The notes: generated by a model from the letters alone, not told the origin. DNA of 63,978 nt, filler included, from Candidatus Hydrogenedentota bacterium (GCA_040752395.1; 11 parts of 11 records of this genome joined end to end with filler, not necessarily neighbours in it), one strand, 5' to 3'; counted from the first letter of the whole stretch, positions 31,495-41,206 are shown. Numbers and translations: made by a program.

Positions 31495-31944
31495 ATGCTG
31501 AGTTTAGCGAGGTATCAAAAGATGAGGGTTAAAAAACAAAAGATTGAGTATATTCAACTTGATATCACGCCGCTTGTTGATGTTGTATTTCAGCTTTTAA
31601 TATTCTTTTTATTAGCCTCAAGTTTTGAATTATCAACAGGTATTAAAGTTGAGCTCCCTGAAAGTAAAAGCACTGAAACTATAAAACATCAATCAGAGTG
31701 CGTTATAACTATTAAAAAGGATGATAAGATTTATTTGAATGGATTAGAGACACCATTAATCGACCTTAAATACGAGATAAAAAAAATAATGGATTCAAAG
31801 GGTATAAACAGAGTCATAATTCAGGCTGACAGGTTTGTTTATTATGGTCGAGTGGTACGAATTATAGACATTGTGAAAGAACTTGGTATTAAGAATGTGG
31901 GTTTACCAACAAAATATATTGAAGAAGAGGTCCCGACATTTTAA
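31495..31944 (+). CDS. exbD: ExbD/TolR biopolymer transporter; start probably 31495
   Basis: DITPLVDVVFQLLIFF, VELP and IQADRFVYYGRVV. Confidence 0.92.
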   Translation: MLSLARYQKMRVKKQKIEYIQLDITPLVDVVFQLLIFFLLASSFELSTGIKVELPESKSTETIKHQSECVITIKKDDKIYLNGLETPLIDLKYEIKKIMDSKGINRVIIQADRFVYYGRVVRIIDIVKELGIKNVGLPTKYIEEEVPTF

Positions 31945-31951
31945 ACTGTCA

Positions 31952-32294
31952 GCTTTTTCGCAGAAGTCGTCATAATCGCGGTTTGTGCTCTACACTATTG
32001 GGTTATTGGGTTTTTGGGTTTTTGGGTTCTTGGGTTTTTGCGCTCTACACAATGTATGAAAAACTAAAGATGATATGAAAAGAGTCACAAGTCGCAAGTC
32101 GTGAGTTGCAAGTCGTGAGTCAAAACAGGACTCAAGACTCAAGACTCAAGACTTTTTAGCAGGCTTTTGGCTTTTGGCTCCAGCCGGCTGTAGTCCGTAG
32201 CCTGTAGCCTGTCCTGATACTTCTCACTTCTTCCGTTATCTTGCTTCTTGCTTCTACTTGATATTATTATAATTACAATGTTTTTCAGAGGAGG
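31952..32294 (+). repeat. Most complete copy (about 340 nt) of the modular repeat
   Basis: All core modules in order, ending TATAATTACAATGTTTTTCAGAGGAGG before TTG 32305. Confidence 0.92.
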
Positions 32295-32304
32295 CAAGTG
32301 AATC

Positions 32305-33450
32305 TTGAGTCTAATTTATACAAGAGAACAGGATAACATTTTTTTTAATAGTATGCTTATCTCCATTATTTTTCATATCTCTTTATTTATTTTTTTCCCT
32401 TATTTAAGATATCAATTAACCGAGAAACCACCTTTAAAGATTATTCAGGTTGATATTACTGATTTTGGCACTATTTTGCGACATAAAATTTACAGCCCGG
32501 ATAAAAGAATAATCAGTCCGAAAGAGGAACTCACAGAAAAACAATCACAGGATGCATTGGTTGAGAGCGAGAACCCCAATAATCAAACCACTGAAACTTT
32601 AAAAATGACACTGGATATTTCGCAACCTTTTTTTAAAGAAAATAGAAAAAATTTGAATATTCTGGATTTAACAGAAGAAATTAAGACACCTCAATTACAA
32701 CCAGAAGACATCTCATCAAATCCTAAAAAGATAGACCTCACAGCAAGTATTAAACTTTCTAATGAAAAGCAGCCAAGCGAAGAGATATTTCCTGATAATT
32801 TACAAGAGAGAAAAATAACTTTTACTAAAGAAGATAGATTTCTTGAAAATATAAGTACCAGAGATAAAAATAAAAGTAATCTGGTTATGCCGGTACCTGA
32901 AAATCTAAATCTACCTGTAGACGACGATGCTTTTAAAGTACCCAATGAGATAAAGGGGTACCAGGATAAATACAAAAGCACTCAAACCCTGGATGAAGGC
33001 ATTGATAATTTTAGTTCAGGGATAGCTGTTAGTTCATTGAAAGACGATATTAATCTTCCAGCACCAAATCCAGCAGGTGCTGATAAAATTCAGAGTTTAC
33101 CAGAGGGGATTATTCCATTAAACCAGGGTGATATCGTTGATAAGAATGTAGGCCCTGAAGTAAAAAGGATTACTGCAGATAAAGATTTAAAAAAGAGAAA
33201 GGACAGAGCCATTATATACGAACCAGAAACAAAGATGCCTGCCTGGGCTGAAAAACAGGGGATAAATACAAAATTTAAAGCCCGTATCTTGATCGCTCCT
33301 AAAGGCGATATTACTGAGGTAAGATTGATTACAAAGACAGGGTTTGCTGAACTTGATAATTTAGCTATTGAGCATATTAAGAAAATATTATACGAACCAT
33401 ATTATGAATATACTGAAAGATTGATTGAAGTTGAGCTTATAACAAAATGA
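32305..33450 (+). CDS. tonB: TonB family energy transducer
   Basis: N-terminal TM with SIIFH, C-terminal P.WAEKQGI...TGFAELDNLA TonB_C; follows exbBD. Confidence 0.8.
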   Translation: MSLIYTREQDNIFFNSMLISIIFHISLFIFFPYLRYQLTEKPPLKIIQVDITDFGTILRHKIYSPDKRIISPKEELTEKQSQDALVESENPNNQTTETLKMTLDISQPFFKENRKNLNILDLTEEIKTPQLQPEDISSNPKKIDLTASIKLSNEKQPSEEIFPDNLQERKITFTKEDRFLENISTRDKNKSNLVMPVPENLNLPVDDDAFKVPNEIKGYQDKYKSTQTLDEGIDNFSSGIAVSSLKDDINLPAPNPAGADKIQSLPEGIIPLNQGDIVDKNVGPEVKRITADKDLKKRKDRAIIYEPETKMPAWAEKQGINTKFKARILIAPKGDITEVRLITKTGFAELDNLAIEHIKKILYEPYYEYTERLIEVELITK

Positions 33451-36400
33451 GAAAAATTATTTTTTATCTATGTGCATTGATTAGCATTAATAACGGTCTT
33501 TACTCACAGGATGACCCCAGATATCTGGAGGCTGCAGCTATCAGTCAGGAAGACGCTGCTAAGATTCGTGAAGAACTCGGTGATGTTAAAGAAGCCTCAA
33601 AACTTTATAATGAGGCTGCTTCTATCTGGGAACGCGCTGCTAAAGCTTACGAAAATCAGAATAACCCGGATAAAGCAAGATACTGCTGGGATGAATTTAA
33701 AAAAACAGCTGAACTCGCTGAAAAACTCAAAATTAAAGGCAGATTAGAAAAAATATCAGGTGATTTCCAGGAGGTGGTTGTCACAGAAGTCGTTGAACAA
33801 AAACTTATTATTCAGCTTAAACTTGAAGGTAATATCACACCAGAAGGATATAAAATTAATTTCAGTATTATAGATACTCCAAAACAAGCACAGGATTTCA
33901 AACTATCTGAAGAATCTGTAATTTGTGATAAAGATGGGTATGCCGGCGTTTTTTTTACCGCTGGTAATAAAGCCGGGATATACAGAATCCAAGCATCAAC
34001 TGTTGAAATTAAAACAAGCCCTATTATCTTTGAGATCCAGGCAGTGCCATCTGAAGCCTCGATTCTTTCTTATGTCGATGGAAATAACCAGATTGTAAGA
34101 GCTAATGAAAAATCTCCTAAACCTATGGAAGTATCTGTTACTGACCTGTATGGTAATAGAATTATTGGTGTGCCAGTTGAATTTAAGATTATAAAAATAC
34201 CTGAGGATGGGGTAGGGTTTGGTGTTAGTGCTGATAAAACTCTTACCGGTATAACAGCTGTTGCAAGGAGTGATTTTATTGCTGGTGATAAAGAAGGTGA
34301 ATGTATCGTTCACGCAATAAATGAGAAACTTGATGGCTCGCCGATAAAATTTAATTTTACAGTTGTACCTTCTATCCCAAGAGTTGTTATTAGAGAAATA
34401 TATTTTGAAGGTAATAAAACCGTTCATAATTCTGTGCTTGAAGAGGCATTAACCTTAAAAGTAGGAGATGAATATCTTATAACTCAATTTGAAGAAGCGG
34501 TAGCAGGTGGTATAAAAGACATCTATCATCTTGGCAGTTTTGAAGAGGTCCAGGCTCAGACCGAAATAGAAGCCAATACTGCCAGAGTTAAATTCCTGCT
34601 TACAGAATATCCAAGAATAGCAAAAATTTGTTTCAGAGGTAATGATAAATTAAAAGAAGATAAACTTAAAGAATCCATCACTTTAAGTGAAGGTCAATTC
34701 TACAGCCCATATAGAATGGAAAAGACAATAAAAGAATTGAAAAAAGCTTATGCAGAAAAAGGGTTTATCTATGTAGATATCGAAGCATTAGAAGAAAATA
34801 GAAAAGAGGATAAAATCGATGTTGTTTTTAATATCTTTGAAGGGATCAAAGTAAAGATCACAAGATTTAATATCCACGGAAATAAAGCATTCTCAACTAT
34901 GAGATTAAACTGGGAAATGAAAACCGGTAAAGGCAAGGTATATTCTAAAGAGACCTTTGATGTCGATAGGGAACGAGTATTGCTTAAGTATGCTAAGAAA
35001 GGTTACATAACCGCAACTATTGACGAGCCGGTTATAACTTATAATAAAGACCACACTGAGATGTACGTTGATGTCTATATAAACGAGGGTAAAAGATATA
35101 AAATGGGTAAATTGAGTTTTGAGGGTATGACTGTATTCTCTGAAAATACTCTCTTATCAAAAGTTAAACTTAAAGAAGGCGAGATTTTTAATCAGGAAAA
35201 GTTTAGAGAAGATATTATGAATATTCAAGATGCTTATTCTGAAAAAGGTTATATCTTTGCAAGAATACTTCCTAAAGAAACGCTTGATAAAGAAAACGGG
35301 ATAATCCATCTCGTGATACAGATTGAAGAAGGCGCAGTCGCCTATATAGAAAAGATTATTATAACAGGTAATATCAAAACCAAAGAAAAAGTTATAAAAA
35401 GAGAGCTATTATTCAAAGAAGGTGAAATCTTTAATGGTGTGAAAGTCAGAGAATCAAGAAGAAATCTTGTAAACCTTGGGTTCTTTGATGAAGTAAATAT
35501 AAAACATAATCCAGGAACAAAAGAAGGATACCAGATTATAGAGATAGAGGTTAAAGAAGGTAAAACGGGTCAGGCTAATTTTGGTGCAGGGTATAGTTCC
35601 CAGGATGGGTTCGTGGGATTTATTCAGATAACTAAAAAGAATTTTGACCCTAAAGATTTCTGGAGTTTTACAGGTGCAGGACAAAACATTAGCGTATCTT
35701 CTGAATTTGGCGGTAAAAGATCGAGTTTCAGTATTAACTGGGGTGACCCGCATTTTAGAGATTCGCCATATTCGCTAAATCTGAGCGGATTTAATACTAC
35801 CCAGGAAAAAGAAGGATATGATATTAATAATTCTGGTGGCAGTATAGGTGTTGGCAGACAATGGGGTAAAGATAAAGATAACAGAATCTATGGAAGTTAT
35901 CAGTACGATGATGTTACGATAGATAATATAACGCCCGGTATCGCTCCTACATCTATCGTTGAAGAAGCAGGCTCTGATTTAATAACTGAGAGAGCAATAT
36001 CAAGTATCACAGTGACTTTTACAAGAGATAAACGTGACAATTTCTTTTTCCCAACACAAGGCTATAGATTGATGTTAACAAATGAAGTGGCAGGCTATTT
36101 TTTAGGCGGAGATGAGGATTTTGATGAGTTCCAGATTGAAGGCAGATGGTTTAAGAATTTTATATCAAACCAGGTCTTTGCTGTTAGAGCAAGATATGGG
36201 ATAATCGGTGATATCTCAGGAAGCGATACTATACCATCCTTTAGAAGATTTTATATAGGCGGCCAGAATACTGTTCGTGGGTTTAGAGATAGACAGATCG
36301 CTATCAGGTCTGATACAGGCGTTATACTTGGCGGCGGTGCCCAGATGTTTTATCTTAATCTTGAATACCGGATACCAATAGTAGAGAAGCTATTCAGTGT

Positions 36401-36599
36401 TGTAGTATTTGCAGATGCAGGCACTGTATGGAGTGGATTTGGTAAGAGTTTTGATTCTTCTGATATAGCTTATGGTGCAGGGTTGGGTATGAGGATATCC
36501 ACACCGCTTGGGCCTATAAGACTTGATTTTTCACGCGGGTTATCTGACCCGAATAAAGGCAATACCGAGGTTTACTTCGGTATCGGCGAATCATTTTAG
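33447..36599 (+). CDS. bamA: Outer-membrane protein assembly factor BamA with an N-terminal extension of about 310 aa
   Basis: POTRA repeats (IYFEGN, ICFRGN, FNIHGN, LSFEG, IIITGN), GGQNTVRGF loop, TPLGPIRLDF, C-terminal F; followed by skp-lpxD. Confidence 0.92.
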   Translation: MRKIIFYLCALISINNGLYSQDDPRYLEAAAISQEDAAKIREELGDVKEASKLYNEAASIWERAAKAYENQNNPDKARYCWDEFKKTAELAEKLKIKGRLEKISGDFQEVVVTEVVEQKLIIQLKLEGNITPEGYKINFSIIDTPKQAQDFKLSEESVICDKDGYAGVFFTAGNKAGIYRIQASTVEIKTSPIIFEIQAVPSEASILSYVDGNNQIVRANEKSPKPMEVSVTDLYGNRIIGVPVEFKIIKIPEDGVGFGVSADKTLTGITAVARSDFIAGDKEGECIVHAINEKLDGSPIKFNFTVVPSIPRVVIREIYFEGNKTVHNSVLEEALTLKVGDEYLITQFEEAVAGGIKDIYHLGSFEEVQAQTEIEANTARVKFLLTEYPRIAKICFRGNDKLKEDKLKESITLSEGQFYSPYRMEKTIKELKKAYAEKGFIYVDIEALEENRKEDKIDVVFNIFEGIKVKITRFNIHGNKAFSTMRLNWEMKTGKGKVYSKETFDVDRERVLLKYAKKGYITATIDEPVITYNKDHTEMYVDVYINEGKRYKMGKLSFEGMTVFSENTLLSKVKLKEGEIFNQEKFREDIMNIQDAYSEKGYIFARILPKETLDKENGIIHLVIQIEEGAVAYIEKIIITGNIKTKEKVIKRELLFKEGEIFNGVKVRESRRNLVNLGFFDEVNIKHNPGTKEGYQIIEIEVKEGKTGQANFGAGYSSQDGFVGFIQITKKNFDPKDFWSFTGAGQNISVSSEFGGKRSSFSINWGDPHFRDSPYSLNLSGFNTTQEKEGYDINNSGGSIGVGRQWGKDKDNRIYGSYQYDDVTIDNITPGIAPTSIVEEAGSDLITERAISSITVTFTRDKRDNFFFPTQGYRLMLTNEVAGYFLGGDEDFDEFQIEGRWFKNFISNQVFAVRARYGIIGDISGSDTIPSFRRFYIGGQNTVRGFRDRQIAIRSDTGVILGGGAQMFYLNLEYRIPIVEKLFSVVVFADAGTVWSGFGKSFDSSDIAYGAGLGMRISTPLGPIRLDFSRGLSDPNKGNTEVYFGIGESF

Positions 36600-36600
36600 T

Positions 36601-36822
36601 AAGGAGTACTTATGAGCGCGGTTTGCGCTCTACACTATTGGGTTCTTGGGTTCTTGGGTTATTGCGTTTTTGGGTTTTTGCGCTCTACACAAAGGATGAA
36701 AAACCAGATGTTTGTTTATCTTGCTTCTTGCCTCTTGCCTCTTGCTTCTACTTGATATTATTATAGTTACAATGTTTTTCAGAGGAGATGATATATTAAA
36801 GGCAAGAAGCAAGAAGCAAGAA
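36601..36822 (+). repeat. Repeat copy between bamA and skp, with an inverted (GCAAGAA)n tail
   Basis: GAGCGC-GGTTT-GCGCTC, (GGGTTCTT)n, (CTTGCCT)n, terminal module, then GCAAGAAGCAAGAAGCAAGAA. Confidence 0.9.
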
Positions 36823-36837
36823 AAGGAGGATTTCCAA

Positions 36838-37368
36838 ATGAAGACATCAAAAATATTGTTATTAATTAGTGCTCTTTTTATTTCTAATCCAATGCTTTAC
36901 GCAGTCGATTTAATTAAAATCGGTGTGATTGATATGATTAAGGTCGGTGCGAATTATGAAGCGTATCAGAATTCCAACGAGAAACTTCTTGATAAACGAG
37001 ATGAGATACAAAAAGTTATTGAACGAGAGGAAAAAAGAGTTATGGATATGTATCAGGATTATAAGAACAAAGTTGCAGTTCTAAGTGAGGAACAGAAAAA
37101 AGAACAGGAAGATTTACTTGAAAAAGAAGATAAAAAATTACAGGAATTCGTAGCTGACCAGAACAAACTTCTTAAACGAGAAAAAGAAGAACTCGATGCT
37201 AAAACTAAAAAAGATATACTAAAAATAGTTGAAGAGATCGCTACTGAACAAGGCTTAAGCGTTGTGCTTGAAAAAAACCTTATTGTCTGGTCTCGACCCG
37301 ATTTTGATATCACTGAGTTGGTTATAGAAAAACTTAATGCTACTGCACAGGATTCCACAAAAAAGTAA
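36838..37368 (+). CDS. skp: OmpH/Skp periplasmic chaperone; true start 36838
   Basis: Signal peptide, KIGVIDM, coiled coil, DITELVIEKLN; own SD AAGGAGG. Confidence 0.9.
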   Translation: MKTSKILLLISALFISNPMLYAVDLIKIGVIDMIKVGANYEAYQNSNEKLLDKRDEIQKVIEREEKRVMDMYQDYKNKVAVLSEEQKKEQEDLLEKEDKKLQEFVADQNKLLKREKEELDAKTKKDILKIVEEIATEQGLSVVLEKNLIVWSRPDFDITELVIEKLNATAQDSTKK

Positions 37369-37371
37369 AAA

Positions 37372-38433
37372 ATGGATAAAAAAGTGTTAGTTAAAGAAAT
37401 AGCTTCGTTTGTTCAGGCCGATGTCATCGGTGATGATAAAACTGTTATATCCGGTATCTCATCGATTGAAGACTCGCAAAAAGGCGATATTACTTTCGCA
37501 CTCGATGAAAAATATCTTAAACTCGCACTTAAATCGCCAGCCACCGCAATTATTATATCTAAAAAATTATATCCTAAAGAACAGACTGATAAAGTTTTAT
37601 TAAAAGTTGATAACCCAAGACTATCTTATGCAAAAGTACTCGATTTGTTTAAATCCGAACCAGCCCTACTTAAAGGTATAAGTGAAAAGTCCTGCATCGC
37701 AAGATCAGCTGAAATAGGTAAAAATGTTTGTATCGCCGCGTTTGTCTATATAGGTGAAAAAGTTATAATAGAAGACAATGTTAAAATATATCCCAATGTA
37801 ACTATACATGATAACTCCATAGTCAGAGAAGGCACAGTAATCCATGCTAATACGAGTATTTATGATAGAACACTAATCGGTAGGAATTGTTTAATCCATG
37901 CAGGTGTGGTTATAGGTGCTGATGGCTTTGGATTTGTTGAGCATCAGAAAAAACATTTAAAAATTCCGCAGATCGGTTATGTAGAGATTGGTGATGAGGT
38001 TGAGATAGGTGCAAATGTCTGTATTGACAGGGGTACGACTGGAAAAACGTATATAGGAAATCGTGTAAAGATTGATAATCTTGTGCATATAGCTCATAAT
38101 GTTAAGATAGGTGATGATTCTATTATTATAGCACAGGTTGGTATCTCAGGCAGTGTAAAGATTGGTGAACACGTAACCATAGCGGGGCAGGCAGGTTTAG
38201 CGAGCCATATAAATATCGGTGACAATGTTGTGATAGCTGCAAAGAGCGGTGTGACAAAATCCGTTCCATCAGATATGGAGGTTTCAGGTTTTCCCGCAAG
38301 GCCGCATCAGGATGAGAAAAAATTAAAAGTATCGTTACTAAAACTTCCAGCACTTATTCAGTGTTATCAGCAGGTATTATCGTCCCTCAAGCGCCTCTCA
38401 GACCGTCTCTCCAAACTCGAAAAACTAAATTAG
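37372..38433 (+). CDS. lpxD: UDP-3-O-acyl-glucosamine N-acyltransferase
   Basis: Hexapeptide repeats, IGADGFGF and [12 protein letters not shown]. Confidence 0.96.
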   Translation: MDKKVLVKEIASFVQADVIGDDKTVISGISSIEDSQKGDITFALDEKYLKLALKSPATAIIISKKLYPKEQTDKVLLKVDNPRLSYAKVLDLFKSEPALLKGISEKSCIARSAEIGKNVCIAAFVYIGEKVIIEDNVKIYPNVTIHDNSIVREGTVIHANTSIYDRTLIGRNCLIHAGVVIGADGFGFVEHQKKHLKIPQIGYVEIGDEVEIGANVCIDRGTTGKTYIGNRVKIDNLVHIAHNVKIGDDSIIIAQVGISGSVKIGEHVTIAGQAGLASHINIGDNVVIAAKSGVTKSVPSDMEVSGFPARPHQDEKKLKVSLLKLPALIQCYQQVLSSLKRLSDRLSKLEKLN

Positions 38434-39016
38434 ATGAGCAGAGACAGGGAGTTTTTTCCGACTGATCAATTAACCAGAGATTCTTCGCCTTTCCCTTCAA
38501 ATTAGTGCGACGAGGATAATTTTTGGCTCATTCGTAAAAAAACATGAGTTTGACAGAATAAGCTAAAAAAAGCTGATATAAGTATTAAAATATATTGATA
38601 ATATTAGAGTTAATTTTTCCATTTCTTTAGCCTAAGTTCAAAATTTTAACCCCTAAAATCACCATTTTTTGACCTATCTTTTTTGTTAATTGTAATATTA
38701 TCAAGAATGTTATCTGTTATTTAATCAAATATTAAAATAAAGTAGGGGTAAAAATAACAGCAAAAAAAGCNNNNNNNNNNNNNNNNNNNNNNNNNNNNNN
38801 NNNNNNNNNNNNNNTTAATTAATTAANNNNNNNNNNNNNNNNNNNNNNNNNNNNNNNNNNNNNNNNNNNNATCACTAATTAATTTTTGATAGTTTATATC
38901 ACTTCCCTGTGAACCATAAAAAATTAGAATCATTATTTAATACCTTGAAAATGGCTGCTTAAATGAAATCCATTGACTTATTTTCTGCTAAAGTATATTA
39001 AAATAAAACAAGTAAA

Positions 39017-39580
39017 TTATATATCTATTATCAGTTTGGTTCCTGGATAAATTGTTTCGGATTTTAATCTGTTTCTTTTTATTATTTTATTTACAGGTAC
39101 TCTGAAAGATTTTGCTAAAGAGTAAAGACTATCTCCTCGCAAGACTTTTATCCATAGAACATTAGATTTTACAGGTAATTTTATAATAGTGCCTGATTTT
39201 ATTTTCCGTGTATTTAGCTCCTTATTTGCCTGTCTTATTAAATTAATATGGATACCTGTTCGCTTGCTTAAACTTGAAAAATTATCTCCCTTAAGTAAAA
39301 CATAATTAATAAGGGTATAGCCTTCTAAGCTTATTTCAGGAACAATAACATCTGTTTCCTCATTTGTCTCATTTTTTACATTTTTTAACTCTATTGCATT
39401 TATCACCTTTCGACCGTTATTCAGAGCTGTTGGTAAATCGCAATCATTGCCTGAAAAAAAGCCAAAAAAGGGTATAGTGAAAAGGATTATTGCAAGGATG
39501 ATGATACGCTTGTGTTTTGTGTAATCTTTTGGAGGTTTAATAGCTTTGCTCTGAAAATTTCTATCACGAAAATCCATCAT
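39017..39580 (-). CDS. LysM-domain membrane-anchored protein (two LysM)
   Basis: GDNFSSLSK and GDSLYSLAK...IYPGTKL. Confidence 0.85.
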   Translation of the reverse strand: MMDFRDRNFQSKAIKPPKDYTKHKRIIILAIILFTIPFFGFFSGNDCDLPTALNNGRKVINAIELKNVKNETNEETDVIVPEISLEGYTLINYVLLKGDNFSSLSKRTGIHINLIRQANKELNTRKIKSGTIIKLPVKSNVLWIKVLRGDSLYSLAKSFRVPVNKIIKRNRLKSETIYPGTKLIIDI

Positions 39581-39718
39581 AACTTATCGACCCTGATAAC
39601 TTATCGGTATTATTTGTAATATTTTTTAGGTATTTTTTGAGGTCGGCCAGTTCTTCCGCAGTTATAGGTGGTGGAGAATATGATTTAGAAGCAAGAAACG
39701 GCACTAACATACAGAGCT

Positions 39719-40219
39719 TTAACCCAATTTTATATTCGCTAGTTTTTGGGGTGGTCTACTAAAGAATCGCAGCCAGAAGCGTATCTCTGGTTTGGGGAGT
39801 GGATGAGACTTGGGTTCGGTCCTCTTTATTATTTTTTCTCTTTTTTTGTTAAGTATCTCTAAGAAACCTTCTGATGAAATCCGATCACATTTCAGTTTTT
39901 TTGCGGGTTTATATACGTCTTTTATATCAGATGAAACTACAAGACATCTCTCTTTACTGTTTCTTGCTTTTTCCAGGATAAATTCATCAGCATTTTCATT
40001 ATAATAAATCTTTATACCATTAACTGTCACATAGGATTTTAATTCTTTATAGGGTCTTCTGGTTGATTCATCAAAGATTATACTGAATTTTACATCTTTC
40101 CCAAAATGCGATAATAACTCACACAAATGCTCTATGCATTTTTCAGGGTGTTTTTTATAGATACTTTTAAGCTCTTTACTTTTAAAAATCAGGTTATAGC
40201 CATCAATGATGATTTCCAT
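39719..40219 (-). CDS. NYN/YacP-like PIN-fold RNase
   Basis: IIIDGYNL, IIFD, ADEFI and VVSSD. Confidence 0.82.
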   Translation of the reverse strand: MEIIIDGYNLIFKSKELKSIYKKHPEKCIEHLCELLSHFGKDVKFSIIFDESTRRPYKELKSYVTVNGIKIYYNENADEFILEKARNSKERCLVVSSDIKDVYKPAKKLKCDRISSEGFLEILNKKREKIIKRTEPKSHPLPKPEIRFWLRFFSRPPQKLANIKLG

Positions 40220-40279
40220 TTAAATTAACCTTTTACACTGCTAAATCTATATGATATAATTATTTAAGGAGTTTGATAT

Positions 40280-41206
40280 TTGGTCAACTTGATTTTTAAA
40301 CGGCTTACAAGCAGTCTGATCAGTTTGGTGGGTGTTATACTTATCTCGTTTATTCTTCTTGATTTGATTCCTGGAAGTCCGGTCTACGAGATTATAGGTT
40401 CGCGAGCTGATAAAGATACCATCGAAAGTTTAAATAAAAAATTGAATATTGATAAATCGCTCCCTGAAAAATTTTTCGGTTATTTCAAGAACATATTAAC
40501 AGGTAACTTTGGTGAATCCTTTTTTACAAATGAGAAAGTTATTGATGAGATACTGAAACGGTTTCCAAAAACTTTTTATCTTGCATTTGGGGCAATGATA
40601 CTATCATCCTTGCTCGGGATTTTCATAGGGGTTATGAGCGCATATTTCCATAATACTTTTATTGATAAATCGCTGATCTCAATAACTCTACTTGGCATCT
40701 CTACCCCTGTATTCTGGCTTGGGATTCTATTTATTTTACTTTTTTCGGTTAAATTACAGATATTACCTGCTGGCGGATATGAAGATGGAGACGTAAGATA
40801 TCTTATTTTACCTGTCTTAACACTTGGTATAAGACCTGCTTCTTTTATAGCCCGACTAACACGTTCAGAAATGATTAATGTTTTAACCGAAACATACATT
40901 AACACAGCTAAAGCTAAAGGACTCTCGGTTTTTACAATTTTATTCAAACACGCTTTAAAAAATGTTCTTATTCCAGTGATTCAACTTATTGGTATGGATA
41001 TCGGCACACTTCTTGGCGGAGCAGCACTTATTGAGATAGTATTTAATTATCCGGGTATAGGGTATTACGGGCTTAAAGCCATAGCACAGCGTGATTATCC
41101 TGTGATACTTGGGGTTGTTGTATTTTCGGCAGTATGTTTTATCATCGTAAATTTTATTGTAGATATACTTAATGGGTTCCTTAACCCGAGACTTAAAACA
41201 GAATGA
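40280..41206 (+). CDS. Peptide/nickel ABC transporter permease (DppB-like)
   Basis: STPVFWLG, YINTAKAKGL EAA loop and RDYPVI. Confidence 0.92.
   Translation: MVNLIFKRLTSSLISLVGVILISFILLDLIPGSPVYEIIGSRADKDTIESLNKKLNIDKSLPEKFFGYFKNILTGNFGESFFTNEKVIDEILKRFPKTFYLAFGAMILSSLLGIFIGVMSAYFHNTFIDKSLISITLLGISTPVFWLGILFILLFSVKLQILPAGGYEDGDVRYLILPVLTLGIRPASFIARLTRSEMINVLTETYINTAKAKGLSVFTILFKHALKNVLIPVIQLIGMDIGTLLGGAALIEIVFNYPGIGYYGLKAIAQRDYPVILGVVVFSAVCFIIVNFIVDILNGFLNPRLKTE

Noticed and set aside
31952-32294. CRISPR array interpretation of the repeats
   Set aside because: No constant-length repeats with unique spacers and no cas genes; units are tandem 6-8-mers.
38434-38770. AT-rich sequence after lpxD where fabZ/lpxA might be expected; possible IS end
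   Set aside because: No transposase or paired inverted repeat is visible before the gap, so it cannot be supported.
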